Shown here: in pieces, positions 53,088 through 64,000 of the stretch
How the letters are laid out: the number at the start of each line of letters is the position of its first letter
Position numbering within the stretch: the first letter of the stretch is position 1
Source of the DNA: Octopus sinensis
Taxonomy: Eukaryota
NCBI RefSeq assembly: GCF_006345805.1
Contig: NC_043006.1
Span: 13,392,001-13,456,000, forward strand
Direction: 5' to 3'
Length of the DNA stretch: 64,000 nt
Made by a program: the position numbers and the translations under genes
Notes under the pieces: generated by a model
Database searches by the model: none
What the model saw: only the letters and a program-made list of their open reading frames with translations
What the model was told of the DNA's origin: nothing

Positions 53088-53161
53088 GTTATCTCTCCTG
53101 TGGTATTTTGTTACACGAAGATCATGAGCTAATAGTCTTACTTGTTAACACAATATTGAAG
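53088..53161 (+). CDS. AP4E1: AP4E1 exon 4
   Basis: ttccag|(G)YLSCGILLHEDHELIVLLVNTILK|gtaagt. Confidence 0.95.
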
Positions 53162-54207
53162 GTAAGTTATGAAAGGGCTCTCAATTCTTTCTTTACAAGT
53201 TTGATAGCAAAATTTGCTGCGTATTCAACCTCAGCAGATTGATTGTCAATCATCATCCTCATCATCATCGTTTAATGTCCGCTTTCCATGCTAGCATGGG
53301 TTGGACGATTTGACTGAGGGCTGGCGAACCAGATGGCTGCACTAGGCTCCAGTCTTGATCTACAGCTGGATGCCCTTCCTAACGCCAACCACTCCAAGAG
53401 TGTAGTGGGTGCTTTTTACATGCCACCGGCACGGAGGGCCAGTCAGGCGGTACTGGCAATGACCTCGCTCGAATCTTTTTACACATGCCACCAGCACAGG
53501 TGCCAGTAAGGTGACATTGGTTACAATCACGCTCGAATGGTGCCCTTTTACGTGCCACCGGCATGGAGCCAGTTGGCTGCTCTGGCAACGATCACGCTCA
53601 GATGGTGCTCTTGGCACCCTACTAGCACGGGCACAAGTGCCAGTAAGGCGACAATCTTTGTCATAAATATATGTTTTATTAACTAGATGCGCATGAAGCA
53701 GTGTTGAATGAAATATAGATGTATACAGTCATATTTAACATATTCAGTCATAAGACTCTCTCTCCGTCAGATAAATGGCCCTGCTCAATATGTAGGAAAG
53801 GAGTTGGAAGAAATTCCATTTTCTGCACCCATAGTCTAAACTATGCACATGTAAGAGGTACAGTGGAATCACTGATAGATTAACAGGTAAGGTTGTCTTT
53901 GTATGTGGTAGATGTGGAGGAACAAGAAGCACTAAGAGCACACAGGGCTTTACAGAGTGAATTGGATGCTTTTTATGTGGCACCAGCAACAGTGAGGTCG
54001 CCAAGACAGGACCCATCGACTGGAGTAGTATTTAGGGACATAAACAGGTGTGTTGCAGTGGAAGAGAAACATGGCTGCCAGGAGTAGAGAGAAAAACAGA
54101 GAGAGGGGAAAGAGATAAGGTGAAGATGTGATATTTCTACTTTCGTTACGCATTTGTTGTTTGCAATTAGTTTTAATTTTACTTGTTTAATTTCATTTGG
54201 TTTTCAG

Positions 54208-54329
54208 GATCTTCGTAGCACCAATATTCTAGACAATTGCATTGCATTGTCTGCTGCTAGTTCTCTTGTTAATGCAGAGATGATTCCTGTTGTGTTACCT
54301 TTGGTTGAAGAAAAACTTCGACATTCGAG
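54208..54329 (+). CDS. AP4E1: AP4E1 exon 5
   Basis: tttcag|DLRSTNILDNCIALSAASSLVNAEMIPVVLPLVEEKLRHS-AG|gtaaat. Confidence 0.95.
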
Positions 54330-55219
54330 GTAAATATCTATTTTGAAAACATATTCCCAAGAGTAATTTTGCTAAGGAAGATAACTTTCGATCACTTTTA
54401 TGAAATTTAATTTTTATTCTCTTTCGTCTCTGTGAATCTTGAATGGTAAATTTTATTTCCCAATGTTTTGATGTAATATCATCATCATTTAACATTCGTT
54501 TTCCATGCTAGCATGGGTTGGACAGTTCGACCGGGGTCTGGGAAGCCAGGAGGCTGCACCAGGCTCCAGTCTGATCTGGCAGTGTTTCTACAGCTGGATG
54601 CCCTTCCTAACGCCAACCACTCCGTGAGTGTAGTGGATGCTTTTTACGTGCCACCGGCACAGGTGCCAGGGGAGGCTGGCAACAGCCACGATCGGTTGGT
54701 GCTTTTTACATGCCACCGGCACAGAAGTTTTTATTTTCCTAATGATGCCAAAACGGTTCAGTTCATTTAATAGATTATATGCAAAGCATTATTGTGCGGT
54801 TAAAAAGTTTGGTTCACATCCATATGGTATGGGTTCAATCCCACTGCATGGCACCTTGGGCAAGTGTATTGTACTATAGCTCCAGATCAACTAAAGCTTT
54901 GTAAGTGGATTTGGTAGAGGGAAACTGGAGGAAGCCTATGATACTCGTGTGTGTGTGTGTGTCCTTGTCATTACGTTGCATGATTGCTGTAAATGAGTGT
55001 CACTAATCATACAAATGAGTGTCCCTTGTTTCCAATCTTCCATGAAAATATATATCTGATCATGGGGAAATATTATCCCACCTGGAAACCAGTGAAGGTG
55101 GGTCACCTTCAATTCAGTCATGGAAAAGTGGACATTAAAATGATGATAGTGCTGATGATAATGAGATTATTTGACTGGAAAACTGGGGACAAACACAAAG
55201 ACACACACACACACCTACA

Positions 55220-55259
<40 letters not shown>

Positions 55260-55277
55260 TTTATTTAAAAGCAAAAA

Positions 55278-55315
55278 CTGTCCGACGAACGGGAACATGA
55301 AACTCAGAGTAACAG
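55278..55315 (+). ncRNA. minimal hammerhead-like motif in AP4E1 intron 5
   Basis: CTGT-CCGACGA-ACG(GGAA)CAT-GAAA-CTCAGAG-TA-ACAG. Confidence 0.5.
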
Positions 55316-55420
55316 GTTTTGTTGAATTTTCTGCTGCTTTTAAATAAAGCATATTACTCTACCCCTGGTATTTGAGTACTCTTTTTTCCACCTTGTTTCA
55401 CATTTATGTGTTTACTCCGG

Positions 55421-55493
<73 letters not shown>

Positions 55494-56238
55494 GCGCCCT
55501 TTTAAAGCCTAGCCAGGCTCATGGGCCCAGTTTCCCAGTTTCTATGGCATATGTGTTCCCCAGCTGGATGGGACACCAGTTCATTGCAGCATTACTCATT
55601 TTTGCCAGCTGAGTGGACTGGAGCAACGTGAAATGAAGTGTTTTGCTCAAGAACACAATGCATCGCCTGGTCTAGGAATCGAAACCACAATCTCATGATC
55701 ATGGTGCTGACACCTAACCACTAAGCCACACGCCTCCACTATATATATATATATATATATATATATCGAAGAAGAGTTTAGGTCGCTGGTAACCTAAACT
55801 AATTGGTATGTGGTCTGAGTGTTCCAACGGATAAGCTACTAGGATCTAAGTCAAGGGTGGGGAAACATCTGCCCACAGGCACAATTGCACCTACGTGAAA
55901 GTATACTTCCAAAGTTATCCGTCATATTCCGAGTTCAAATTCTGCCAAGGTCAACTTTGCCTTCCATCCTTTCAAGGTTCGATAAAATAAGTACCAGTTA
56001 AAAATTGGGGTCGATGCAATCAACTAACTCTCTCCCCCAAAATTGCTGGCTTTGTGCCAAAATTTAAAACCAGAGTTACCCATCATATGACATGTGACAT
56101 TCTAGTATATATATAAATATATAATGTCCATGTTTACAAAACCAGATACTATCTTAGCACCCTAGTTTGAGAAAACTGGGAAAAAATGAGAAATGTTTGG
56201 TGTAGAGAGAAATTTTTATTTTTTACTCTCTTTTTCAG

Positions 56239-56398
56239 ATCTGTTGTGAGGAAGAAAGCTGTCACAGCTTTTTTGAATATTTGGTCAAAAAGCCCAGGTT
56301 CCATACCAAATATTGCCAGTAAATTCAGTGATGTTCTTTGTGATCAAGATCCTGGTGTAGTGAATGCTTCTTTAATTTGCTATCAATCTCTTATCAAG
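56239..56398 (+). CDS. AP4E1: AP4E1 exon 6 (GC donor)
   Basis: tttcag|A-SVVRKKAVTAFLNIW...LCDQDPGVVNASLICYQSLIK|gcaaga; 160 nt keeps frame with exon 7. Confidence 0.9.
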
Positions 56399-57467
56399 GC
56401 AAGAAAACCCCTAAGTTCTATTGAAAAAATTTTTACATTTCCTTTCTCAACTGGGCACTTTTAAGAATTTTTATTAATTGCTATTCATGACTTGATTTAC
56501 CAAAAGTGCTTTGACATTCTAATGCAGTTTATGCCTGTCTGTGTTGCAAAGTCTTTGATTTTGCTGCTTATTACTTATGTGGTTTTGTGGTAGTTTACTT
56601 GATTCTATGCTAAAGACTAGAGTAAGAATTCTGCAGAGTGAGTGTCGTGGAGTTTAGTTACATCCAACAAACACTGAAGTTTTTCCCAAAATCTAGGGTT
56701 TTTATAACTGCTCAACTTGACTTCAAAGAATCGAAATCACATACAAATATTCTTTAACTAATTCTTAGAATCCATATATGAGCAGTTATATTAACCAATG
56801 GAAAAACGACAATAATATTTCTTCGGCAATATGACATTACATCATATAGCCAGCTACCACAAATTGGCACACTTATTTAAAAATGGCTACTTGCTACATG
56901 TGTATGGCTTTCATAATTTATACATGTGGTTCTTTAGCATTTAAATTACTTTGTCAAATATAATGCTTATTTACTCACATTTTTTTTAAAAAATGGATCC
57001 TTTATTATTTTGTAGCTTTGACATATCAAAGATGTGATTGTTTATTTTTAGAATGACATTGCAGGGTGGATGTGATGTAAAAGGCTGGTTCTGGCCAGTT
57101 GGAACATAAAACAAGCAGAATATTTGGGTTGAATAAGGGCCAGTTTAAATGCTAAAGGGTTAAGGGGCATTATTTACATCTGACTGATATTTGTCCTTAT
57201 CTTGTTTGTTGTTTCGGCTGATATACCCTCCAGCCTTCATCAGGTGTCTTGGGGAAATTTCGAACCTGGGTTCTCATTCCTAAGGTATTTTTTGATGTTA
57301 TTATTATTATTATTCAGGTCACTGCCTGGAATCGAACTCGGAATCTTGGGGTTAGGGGCATATGATATTATTACATTTCATTGATTATGTTTTTGTTTTT
57401 GTTATTTCAGTGGTATATTCCTAATTTGAAAAAAATATATTTTCTCTTTGCTTTTTTTCTTTTACAG

Positions 57468-57634
57468 GCAAATCCATCTCAGTACAAAAGCTTAACACAT
57501 GCATTTTTAAATATTCTGAAACAAATTTTAAAGCGAAAATTACCTGCTGAATATGAATACCATTCTATTCCAAATCCTTGGATGCAAATCTCTTTACTAA
57601 AATTGCTGTCATTTCTTGGAGCTGATGATAAAAA
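57468..57634 (+). CDS. AP4E1: AP4E1 exon 7
   Basis: ttacag|ANPSQYKSLTHAFLNILKQILKRKLPAEYEYHSIPNPWMQISLLKLLSFLGADDK-AA|gtaagt; YH..P.PW.Q motif. Confidence 0.95.
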
Positions 57635-58673
57635 GTAAGTAATTTAATTAGTTGCCTTTTAGTGTGTTTGCCTGAAGGTGGACGAGAGCAGCAAGATTGG
57701 TGAGACTGAATGGATCTACTCTGGCTATGGTTTTCTAAGTAGGAGTAAAGAAACTGGAAGGTAGTGCTTCCCATGCCTTGGCAATGGCAGAATAATCTGG
57801 GACTTTTGCATGGGGTTTATCTCGAACTGGCACTTGTGCACGTGCTAGTAGGGTGCCAATCCGAGCATGATCGTTGCCAGAGCAGCCAACTGGCTTCCGT
57901 ACCCGTGGCACGTAAAAGGGCACCATTCGAGCAGGATCGTTACTAACGTCGCTTCACTGGCACATGTAAAAAGATTCAAGCAAGGTCGTTGCCAGTACCG
58001 CCTGACTGGCCCCCATGCTGGTGGCACGTAAAAAGCACCCACTACACTCTCGTAGTGGTTGGCGTTAGGAAGGGCATCCAGCTGTAAAAACTCTGCCAGA
58101 TCAAGATTGGAGCCTGGTGTAGCCATCTGGTTCGCCAGCCCTCAGTCAAAATCGTCCAACCCATGCTAGCATGGAAAGCGGACATTAAACAAATGATGAT
58201 GACCCTTAGTGGATTGCTTTGATATTTCTCATAATGTGTATGAGGAGAGGAAAAATGTTTATGCCAATTGTGTTCAGTCAGTAAATTGCATCGTCTCTGT
58301 CTCTTGCTTTGTTTTCATGTATGTGTTTGAGTGCGGATGTGCTTGTGTGTGTGTGTGTGTGTGCATCTGCAGTGCCAAAAAGTACGGTCACCAAAACAAG
58401 CCACCACTGAAGCAGGTTCAATCTCCAGTCACCCATGCCATTTTACCAGCATCCTAACAACCACGATACCCGATCATCTCATTATGTGGTGGGACGGGTC
58501 CATTTCAGCGTAGCCCCTTCACCAGTTCTCACATCCATTCATCATTTACCAACCTTAGCAACCACAGTAAAAAACAGTAAAAACATGTCTGTTGTACTAT
58601 TTTCAGGCTTTCAAAATGCTTTTCTTTGATTTTCTCGTTATCCCTTTTAACAATGAGACTTCTGTGCTTTCAG

Positions 58674-58747
58674 CTTGAGCACTCAGATCTACCCTGTCTT
58701 GAAGGAAGTGCTCCAGTGTGCAAACATGAAGGAAAACATGGCTTTTG
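58674..58747 (+). CDS. AP4E1: AP4E1 exon 8
   Basis: tttcag|C-LSTQIYPVLKEVLQCANMKENMAF+G|gtaagt; 74 nt, phases fit. Confidence 0.9.
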
Positions 58748-59361
58748 GTAAGTAACACTTTATCTTTTACTTGCTTCTGTCATTTGACTGTGGCCATGCT
58801 TGGGCACCACCTTGAAGGGTTTTTGTCAAACGAATTGCTTACTTTTATTAAATAAGGACCTATTTTTTTAATTCAAGTCCAGTACTTATTGTATTGGTTT
58901 CTTTTACTGAACTGCAAAGTTTCTGGGATATAAACAAACTAAGATTGGTTGTCAAGTGATGGTGGTGAGGGACAAACACAAAGACACACAGACATACGGA
59001 AATATATATATTTGTATGTATTAATACAGTGTACATTTAAACATATAAGAGGTGACTATCTTATGTGTTTAAATGGTCACCTCTTATGTGTTTAAATGTA
59101 CACTGTATTTATATGAATAATTTATTGTCTATTGACTAGTTTTCTACATGTTAGGCCACTGGTAGTAAAAATTTATAAAATTTTTCCCTACCCTGGCATT
59201 TATTAATTATTGATAATTTTTGGCAAATTTTCGAAGGAAGCTGGCATTATTTTTATTTGCTGCCGGCATAAAACTGCGCTTGCGCGGTGGATTTGAAAAA
59301 TTATAATATATAAGCATGAGGCATATGCTGTATTGCCTCATATTTATATGATAATCTTGGC

Positions 59362-59433
59362 ATCCCTGCTGATGAGAACTTCGCCTAGCAAATTACTTTA
59401 TTTGCTAGAGTTCAAAACCATGGTGCAGGAGAT
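59362..59433 (+). ncRNA. degenerate hammerhead motif in AP4E1 intron 8
   Basis: CCTG-CTGATGA-GAACT..CTAGCAAAT/ATTTGCTAG..AGTTC-AAAA-CCATGG-TG-CAGG. Confidence 0.55.
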
Positions 59434-61983
59434 AGATGGTAAATGTTTTTATTTTTCATTCCCTAATAATGGTTTGAATTTTGGCAACTCCTTCTAGCAT
59501 GCTAGGTGTCCTATGATGGTCACCTCTTATGTGTTTAAATGTACACTATTTATATGAATGATATATAGTCTGTTGACTAGTTTTCTACATGCTAGGCTAC
59601 TGGTAGTGAAAATTTCAAAACTTTTTCCTATCCTGATATTAATATTTGTATAAATATATATATACAAATATATATATTTGTATATATGTGTGTGTGTGTA
59701 TACAACAGACTTCTTTCAGTTTCTATGTACCAGATCTACCCACAAGGCTTTGGTCAACCTAGGACTGTAGTAGAAACTCTTGGACACAGTACCATGCAGT
59801 GGGACTGAACCTGGAACCATGTTGTTGGGATTAGCCATACTTGTGTTGATTATCTTCTCCTACATAGATTATGCTCAGTAATACACATTACAAGTTGTCA
59901 GCCTGCTGTGACTGAGTTTTGGGGAGTTTTCTTTCTCCTAGGGAGGTTGTCAATTCTTGACACAAGTGCCACCAATTTTCAGAATGCTCACAGATGCGAC
60001 AGATACAGTGGGGCACCCCCATCCAGCGCTAACAATTCCACTAATTTGTCCCACTGGACTGCTACTTGATCTTATGGGCTCCAGAACAATAAAAGGTGAA
60101 ATGCCCTCAGTGCATTTTGAACTCAGATCACAGAGTATTGCAACAAGTGGATTAAATCATTGTATTCAATACTCTAAAGACTCAGCCAATTCACTGTAGA
60201 AATAAATATTCATCATCATCATCATCATCGTTTAACGTCCGCTTTCCATGCTGGCATGGGTTGGATGATTTGACTGAGGACTGGCGAACCAGATGGCTGC
60301 ACCAAGCTCCAATCTTGATCTGGCAGAATTTCTACAGCCGGATGCCCTTCCTAACGCCAACATCTCCGAGAGTGTAGTGGATGCTTTTACATGCCACCGG
60401 CATGAGGGCCAGTCAGGTGGTACTGGCAACGGCCACGCTCAAATGGTGGTTTTTACATGCCACCTACACAGGAGCCAGTCCAGTGGCACTAGCAATGATC
60501 TCACTCGAATGTTTTTACATATGCCCCTGGCACAAGTGCTAGTAAGGCAACGCTGGTAATGGTCACACTTGAATATTGCATTTTACGTGCCACCAGCACG
60601 GAAGCCAGTTAGCTGCTCTGGCAACGATCATGCTCGGATGGTACTCCTAGCGCTCCGCTAGCACGGATGCCAGTCATCAAATTTGATTTTGATTTCACTT
60701 GCCTCAATAGGTCTTTGCAAACAGAGTTTAGTGTCCAATGAAGGGAAGGTACGCATAAGTGGACTGGTTACACCCCTAGCCTGGCATAGGCCACGAGGTT
60801 AGGGTCTCATTTGGCTTACTGGGTTTTCTCAGGTTTTCTCAAAATATTGCTAATACAAATCTGACATGTGCAATTGATGCAGTATTAAACTGAAATAGCC
60901 ATCTATGTATCATGTCATCATGATCACCATCAACATTTGACATCCATTTTCCATGCTGGCATGGGTTGGATAGCTTGACAGGAACAGGCAAAGCCAGGGG
61001 TCACACCAGAATCTAGAATATTCTAGTCATCATCATCATCATCATCGTTTAACATCCGCTTTCCATGCTAGCATGGGTTGGACGAATGACTGAGGGCTGG
61101 CGAACCAGATGGCTGCACCAGGCTTCAATCTTGATCTGGCAGAGTTTCTACAGCTGGATGCCCTTTCTAACGCCAACCACTCTGAGAGTGTAATGGGTGC
61201 TTTTTACGTGCCGCTGGCACGGGGCCAGTCAGGTGGTACTGGCAACGACCTCACTCGAAACAGGTGCCAGTAAGGCGACGTTAGTAACAATCATGCTCGA
61301 TGAGATTTATACAGGGTGCTATGAAAAACACTTCCCACATTTTACTGGTTCACTAATAGTTCAACCACAAGCACATGGTATTCACTAATCCAAACCATGA
61401 TGGTAACTATTAAAACAAGATCAGTTAAACATCAGCTACATGAAGTTACCCTTGCCAACTGTCCGACTTCACTAGCTAATGTGCATCAATCAATTAAGAT
61501 TTGAGATTCTGCTACTGCATTCTGTATTCTTGAAAATTACTCTCTTATCTCTCTCTATATATATAAAGCTGAAGTTGTCTGTGTATGGCAGGTTTGGTAA
61601 CCTTCAACTAACACTATCTCCTCTGAGACCCTGCGGTGCAAGTTGACCAAAATTGAGAGTATGATAGAAGAAGGCTTGCTCTTCCTTCCGTAGAAGAAAA
61701 ATTCAAATCGGACCATGTTAACACCAAAAATTATTTAAATCAAAAAGGTGCTTTTTTTCTATGAAAAATCCCTATTATTTACGATCTTTTGACTGCTGTG
61801 TCACCATTTTTCGGTGTATTTCGACCAGAAAAATGTTCACTTAAAGAGAATAACAAGCTATATAATGCAAAATTTTTACTTTTCAAAAATTCCAATTCTA
61901 AAGGATCAAAACAAACCCAAGCAACGCCGGGCGATACTGCTAGTTAAAAAATATTTTTATTTTCTGTTTTTTTCTCCTTGCAG

Positions 61984-62106
61984 CTATTACATATGAATGT
62001 ATTCTTACTATCACACACATTGCACCAAATCAGGAATTATTAGATGATGCTTCCAGGGCGGTCAGCAAGTTCTTACACTCCAGTAATCAAAATCTGAAAT
62101 ACCTTG
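61984..62106 (+). CDS. AP4E1: AP4E1 exon 9
   Basis: ttgcag|(A)ITYECILTITHIAPNQELLDDASRAVSKFLHSSNQNLKYL+G|gtaagt. Confidence 0.95.
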
Positions 62107-62234
62107 GTAAGTGTTAAGAGAATTTGATTTTGTATTAGTACTGTATGAAGTTTATTTATATTTCCTTATTGAACCACAACAACTCAGGGTCTAGTACAAG
62201 GGACATTGTTTTATCCCTTCTTCTATAAAAACCC

Positions 62235-62700
62235 CTTCTTCTTCATCTTCTTCTTCTTCTTCTTCTTCTTTCCCTTCTTCTTCTTTTCCTCCTCCTCCTC
62301 CTCATCATTTTCATCATCATTATCATTCTTCATTCTCATCATCATCATCATCATCATTCTCATCATCATTCTCATCATCATCATCATTCTCATCATCATC
62401 ATCATTCTCATCATCATCATCATCATTCTCATCATCATCATTCTCATCATCATCATCATTCATCATTCTCATCAGCATTATCATTCATCATCATCATCAT
62501 CATCATCATTCTCATCATCATTCTCATCATCATCATTCTCATCATCATTCATCATTCATCATTCTCATCATCATCATCATTCTCATCATCATCATCATCA
62601 TCATCATCATTCTCATCATCATCATTCTCATCATCATCATCATTCATTATTCTCATCAGCATTATCATTCATCATCATCCTCATCATCATCATCATCACT
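62235..62700. repeat. (TTC)n/(TCA)n compound microsatellite in AP4E1 intron 9
   Basis: directly visible; source of poly-I/H/M ORFs. Confidence 0.95.
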
Positions 62701-62739
62701 ATAATGTTATTCCACTTTGAAATATTCTCTCATTGGCAG

Positions 62740-62849
62740 GAATGAAGTCACTCACTGCACTGGTGATCGTTGCACCTAAGTATGCTGTAGAATATCAAAT
62801 GATTATTATGGAATATCTTGAGAATCCTGATCCAGCAATCCAAAGAAAG
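62740..62849 (+). CDS. AP4E1: AP4E1 exon 10
   Basis: tggcag|(G)MKSLTALVIVAPKYAVEYQMIIMEYLENPDPAIQRK|gtatgt. Confidence 0.93.
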
Positions 62850-62937
62850 GTATGTTATTATTTACAAGCTTTCATTAGTCATGGTCTGCGAGTAACGCTT
62901 AACTGTGAAGCCTTGACAGAGACATTATCTATTTTAA

Positions 62938-63170
62938 GGCGGCGAGTTGGCAGAATCGTTAACACGCCGGGCGAAATGCTTAGCGGTATTTCTCCTGTCG
63001 TTACGTTCTGAGTTCAAATTCCGCCGAGGTCAACTTTGCCTTTCATCCTTTCGGGGTTGATAAATTAAGTACCAGTTATGCACTGGGATCGATGTAATCG
63101 ACTTAATCCATTTGTCTGTCCTTGTTTATCCCCTTTATGTTTATCCCCTTGTGGGCAATAAAGAAATAAG
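62938..63170 (+). mobile_element. SINE family A
   Basis: full copy; ACATTATCTAT on both flanks. Confidence 0.85.
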
Positions 63171-63527
63171 AAACATTATCTATCCTATATGCAACATTTG
63201 TTTCTACAGAATGCAATTGAAGACATAATCTAATATCAATACAATGTCGTATTGTAAGACAGTTGATAAATGATATCAATTGTAATATATATATGTATAT
63301 TACATTGATAATATTTCTCTTTAAGTGAAAGGTAAATCGTATGATGCTTGTGTATGAACAGCTCTACTCCATGGTAGTAAAAGAACAAGAGTGGGATGAA
63401 GGCTGTATGCTCTGCTGGATGTGCAGCATCAGTGTACATGAACGACAAAGTGCAAGTATGTTGAGAATAAAAATGGGCATAAGAGGAATCAAATAGAGCA
63501 TTATTATTATTATTATTATTATTATTA

Positions 63528-63594
<67 letters not shown>

Positions 63595-63660
63595 CGTTAT
63601 TATTATTATTATTTTTTTTTTAATGATATTTTTTGTAAATAATTGTTTTCTGACTTTCAG

Positions 63661-63803
63661 ACTCTAGAATTGATGTACCAAATTGCCAACCCTGCTAACA
63701 TTAAAGTAATAAGTCAACATCTGCTAAAGTATATCTCCAAAGCAAGTCATGATCCATTTTGGCAAGCTGATATTGTCGCCAAATTGTTCAGCCTGGTGGA
63801 GAA
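63661..63803 (+). CDS. AP4E1: AP4E1 exon 11 (U12-type donor; gene continues right of the window)
   Basis: tttcag|TLELMYQIANPANIKVISQHLLKYISKASHDPFWQADIVAKLFSLVE-AA|ATATCCTTTT. Confidence 0.9.
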
Positions 63804-64000
63804 ATATCCTTTTCACTTTTGAAGATGTCTCAGTCTTCAGCAAACTTCTTTGCAATCCGTTTTTTTTTTAAAAGTTCAATTCCAGATTCAAGTGTCATTT
63901 TATATCATGTATCATGTACATCAATAATGCTTTTACAAAAGAGGTGGAAAAAGTGTTACACAAAGGCATTTCTGTTTCCTTTCTAAATGCCAGAACTATT

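Overview
AT-rich, microsatellite- and transposon-dense eukaryotic DNA. The SINE/LINE/Helitron content and gene structure suggest a coleoid cephalopod (Octopus-like); this is inference. Almost all ORF-track entries are repeat artefacts. Three real genes are visible. (1) The 5' part of a sodium:solute symporter (SLC5A8/SLC5A12/SLC5A5-like) on the minus strand: 7 coding exons, 21414 to 5387, with an apparent 1-nt frameshift in exon 4; no further exon was found in the window. (2) A full-length but variant U2 snRNA gene at 41375-41565 with PSE-like and 3'-box-like flanks. (3) Exons 1-11 of AP4E1 on the plus strand (46303-63803), with one GC-AG intron and a U12-type ATATCCTT donor. The rest is tRNA-derived SINEs (many with intact TSDs and swapped 3' tails), RTE, CR1 and R4/Dong LINE fragments, Penelope remnants, non-autonomous Helitrons, and mariner, piggyBac-like and Kolobok-like MITEs. 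The most unusual signal is a set of about seven minimal type-I hammerhead-ribozyme-like motifs, each with a different core variant, mostly inside short inverted- or tandem-repeat (Penelope/retrozyme-like) elements. Two lie in sense orientation in AP4E1 introns. All structures were folded by eye and none was tested.
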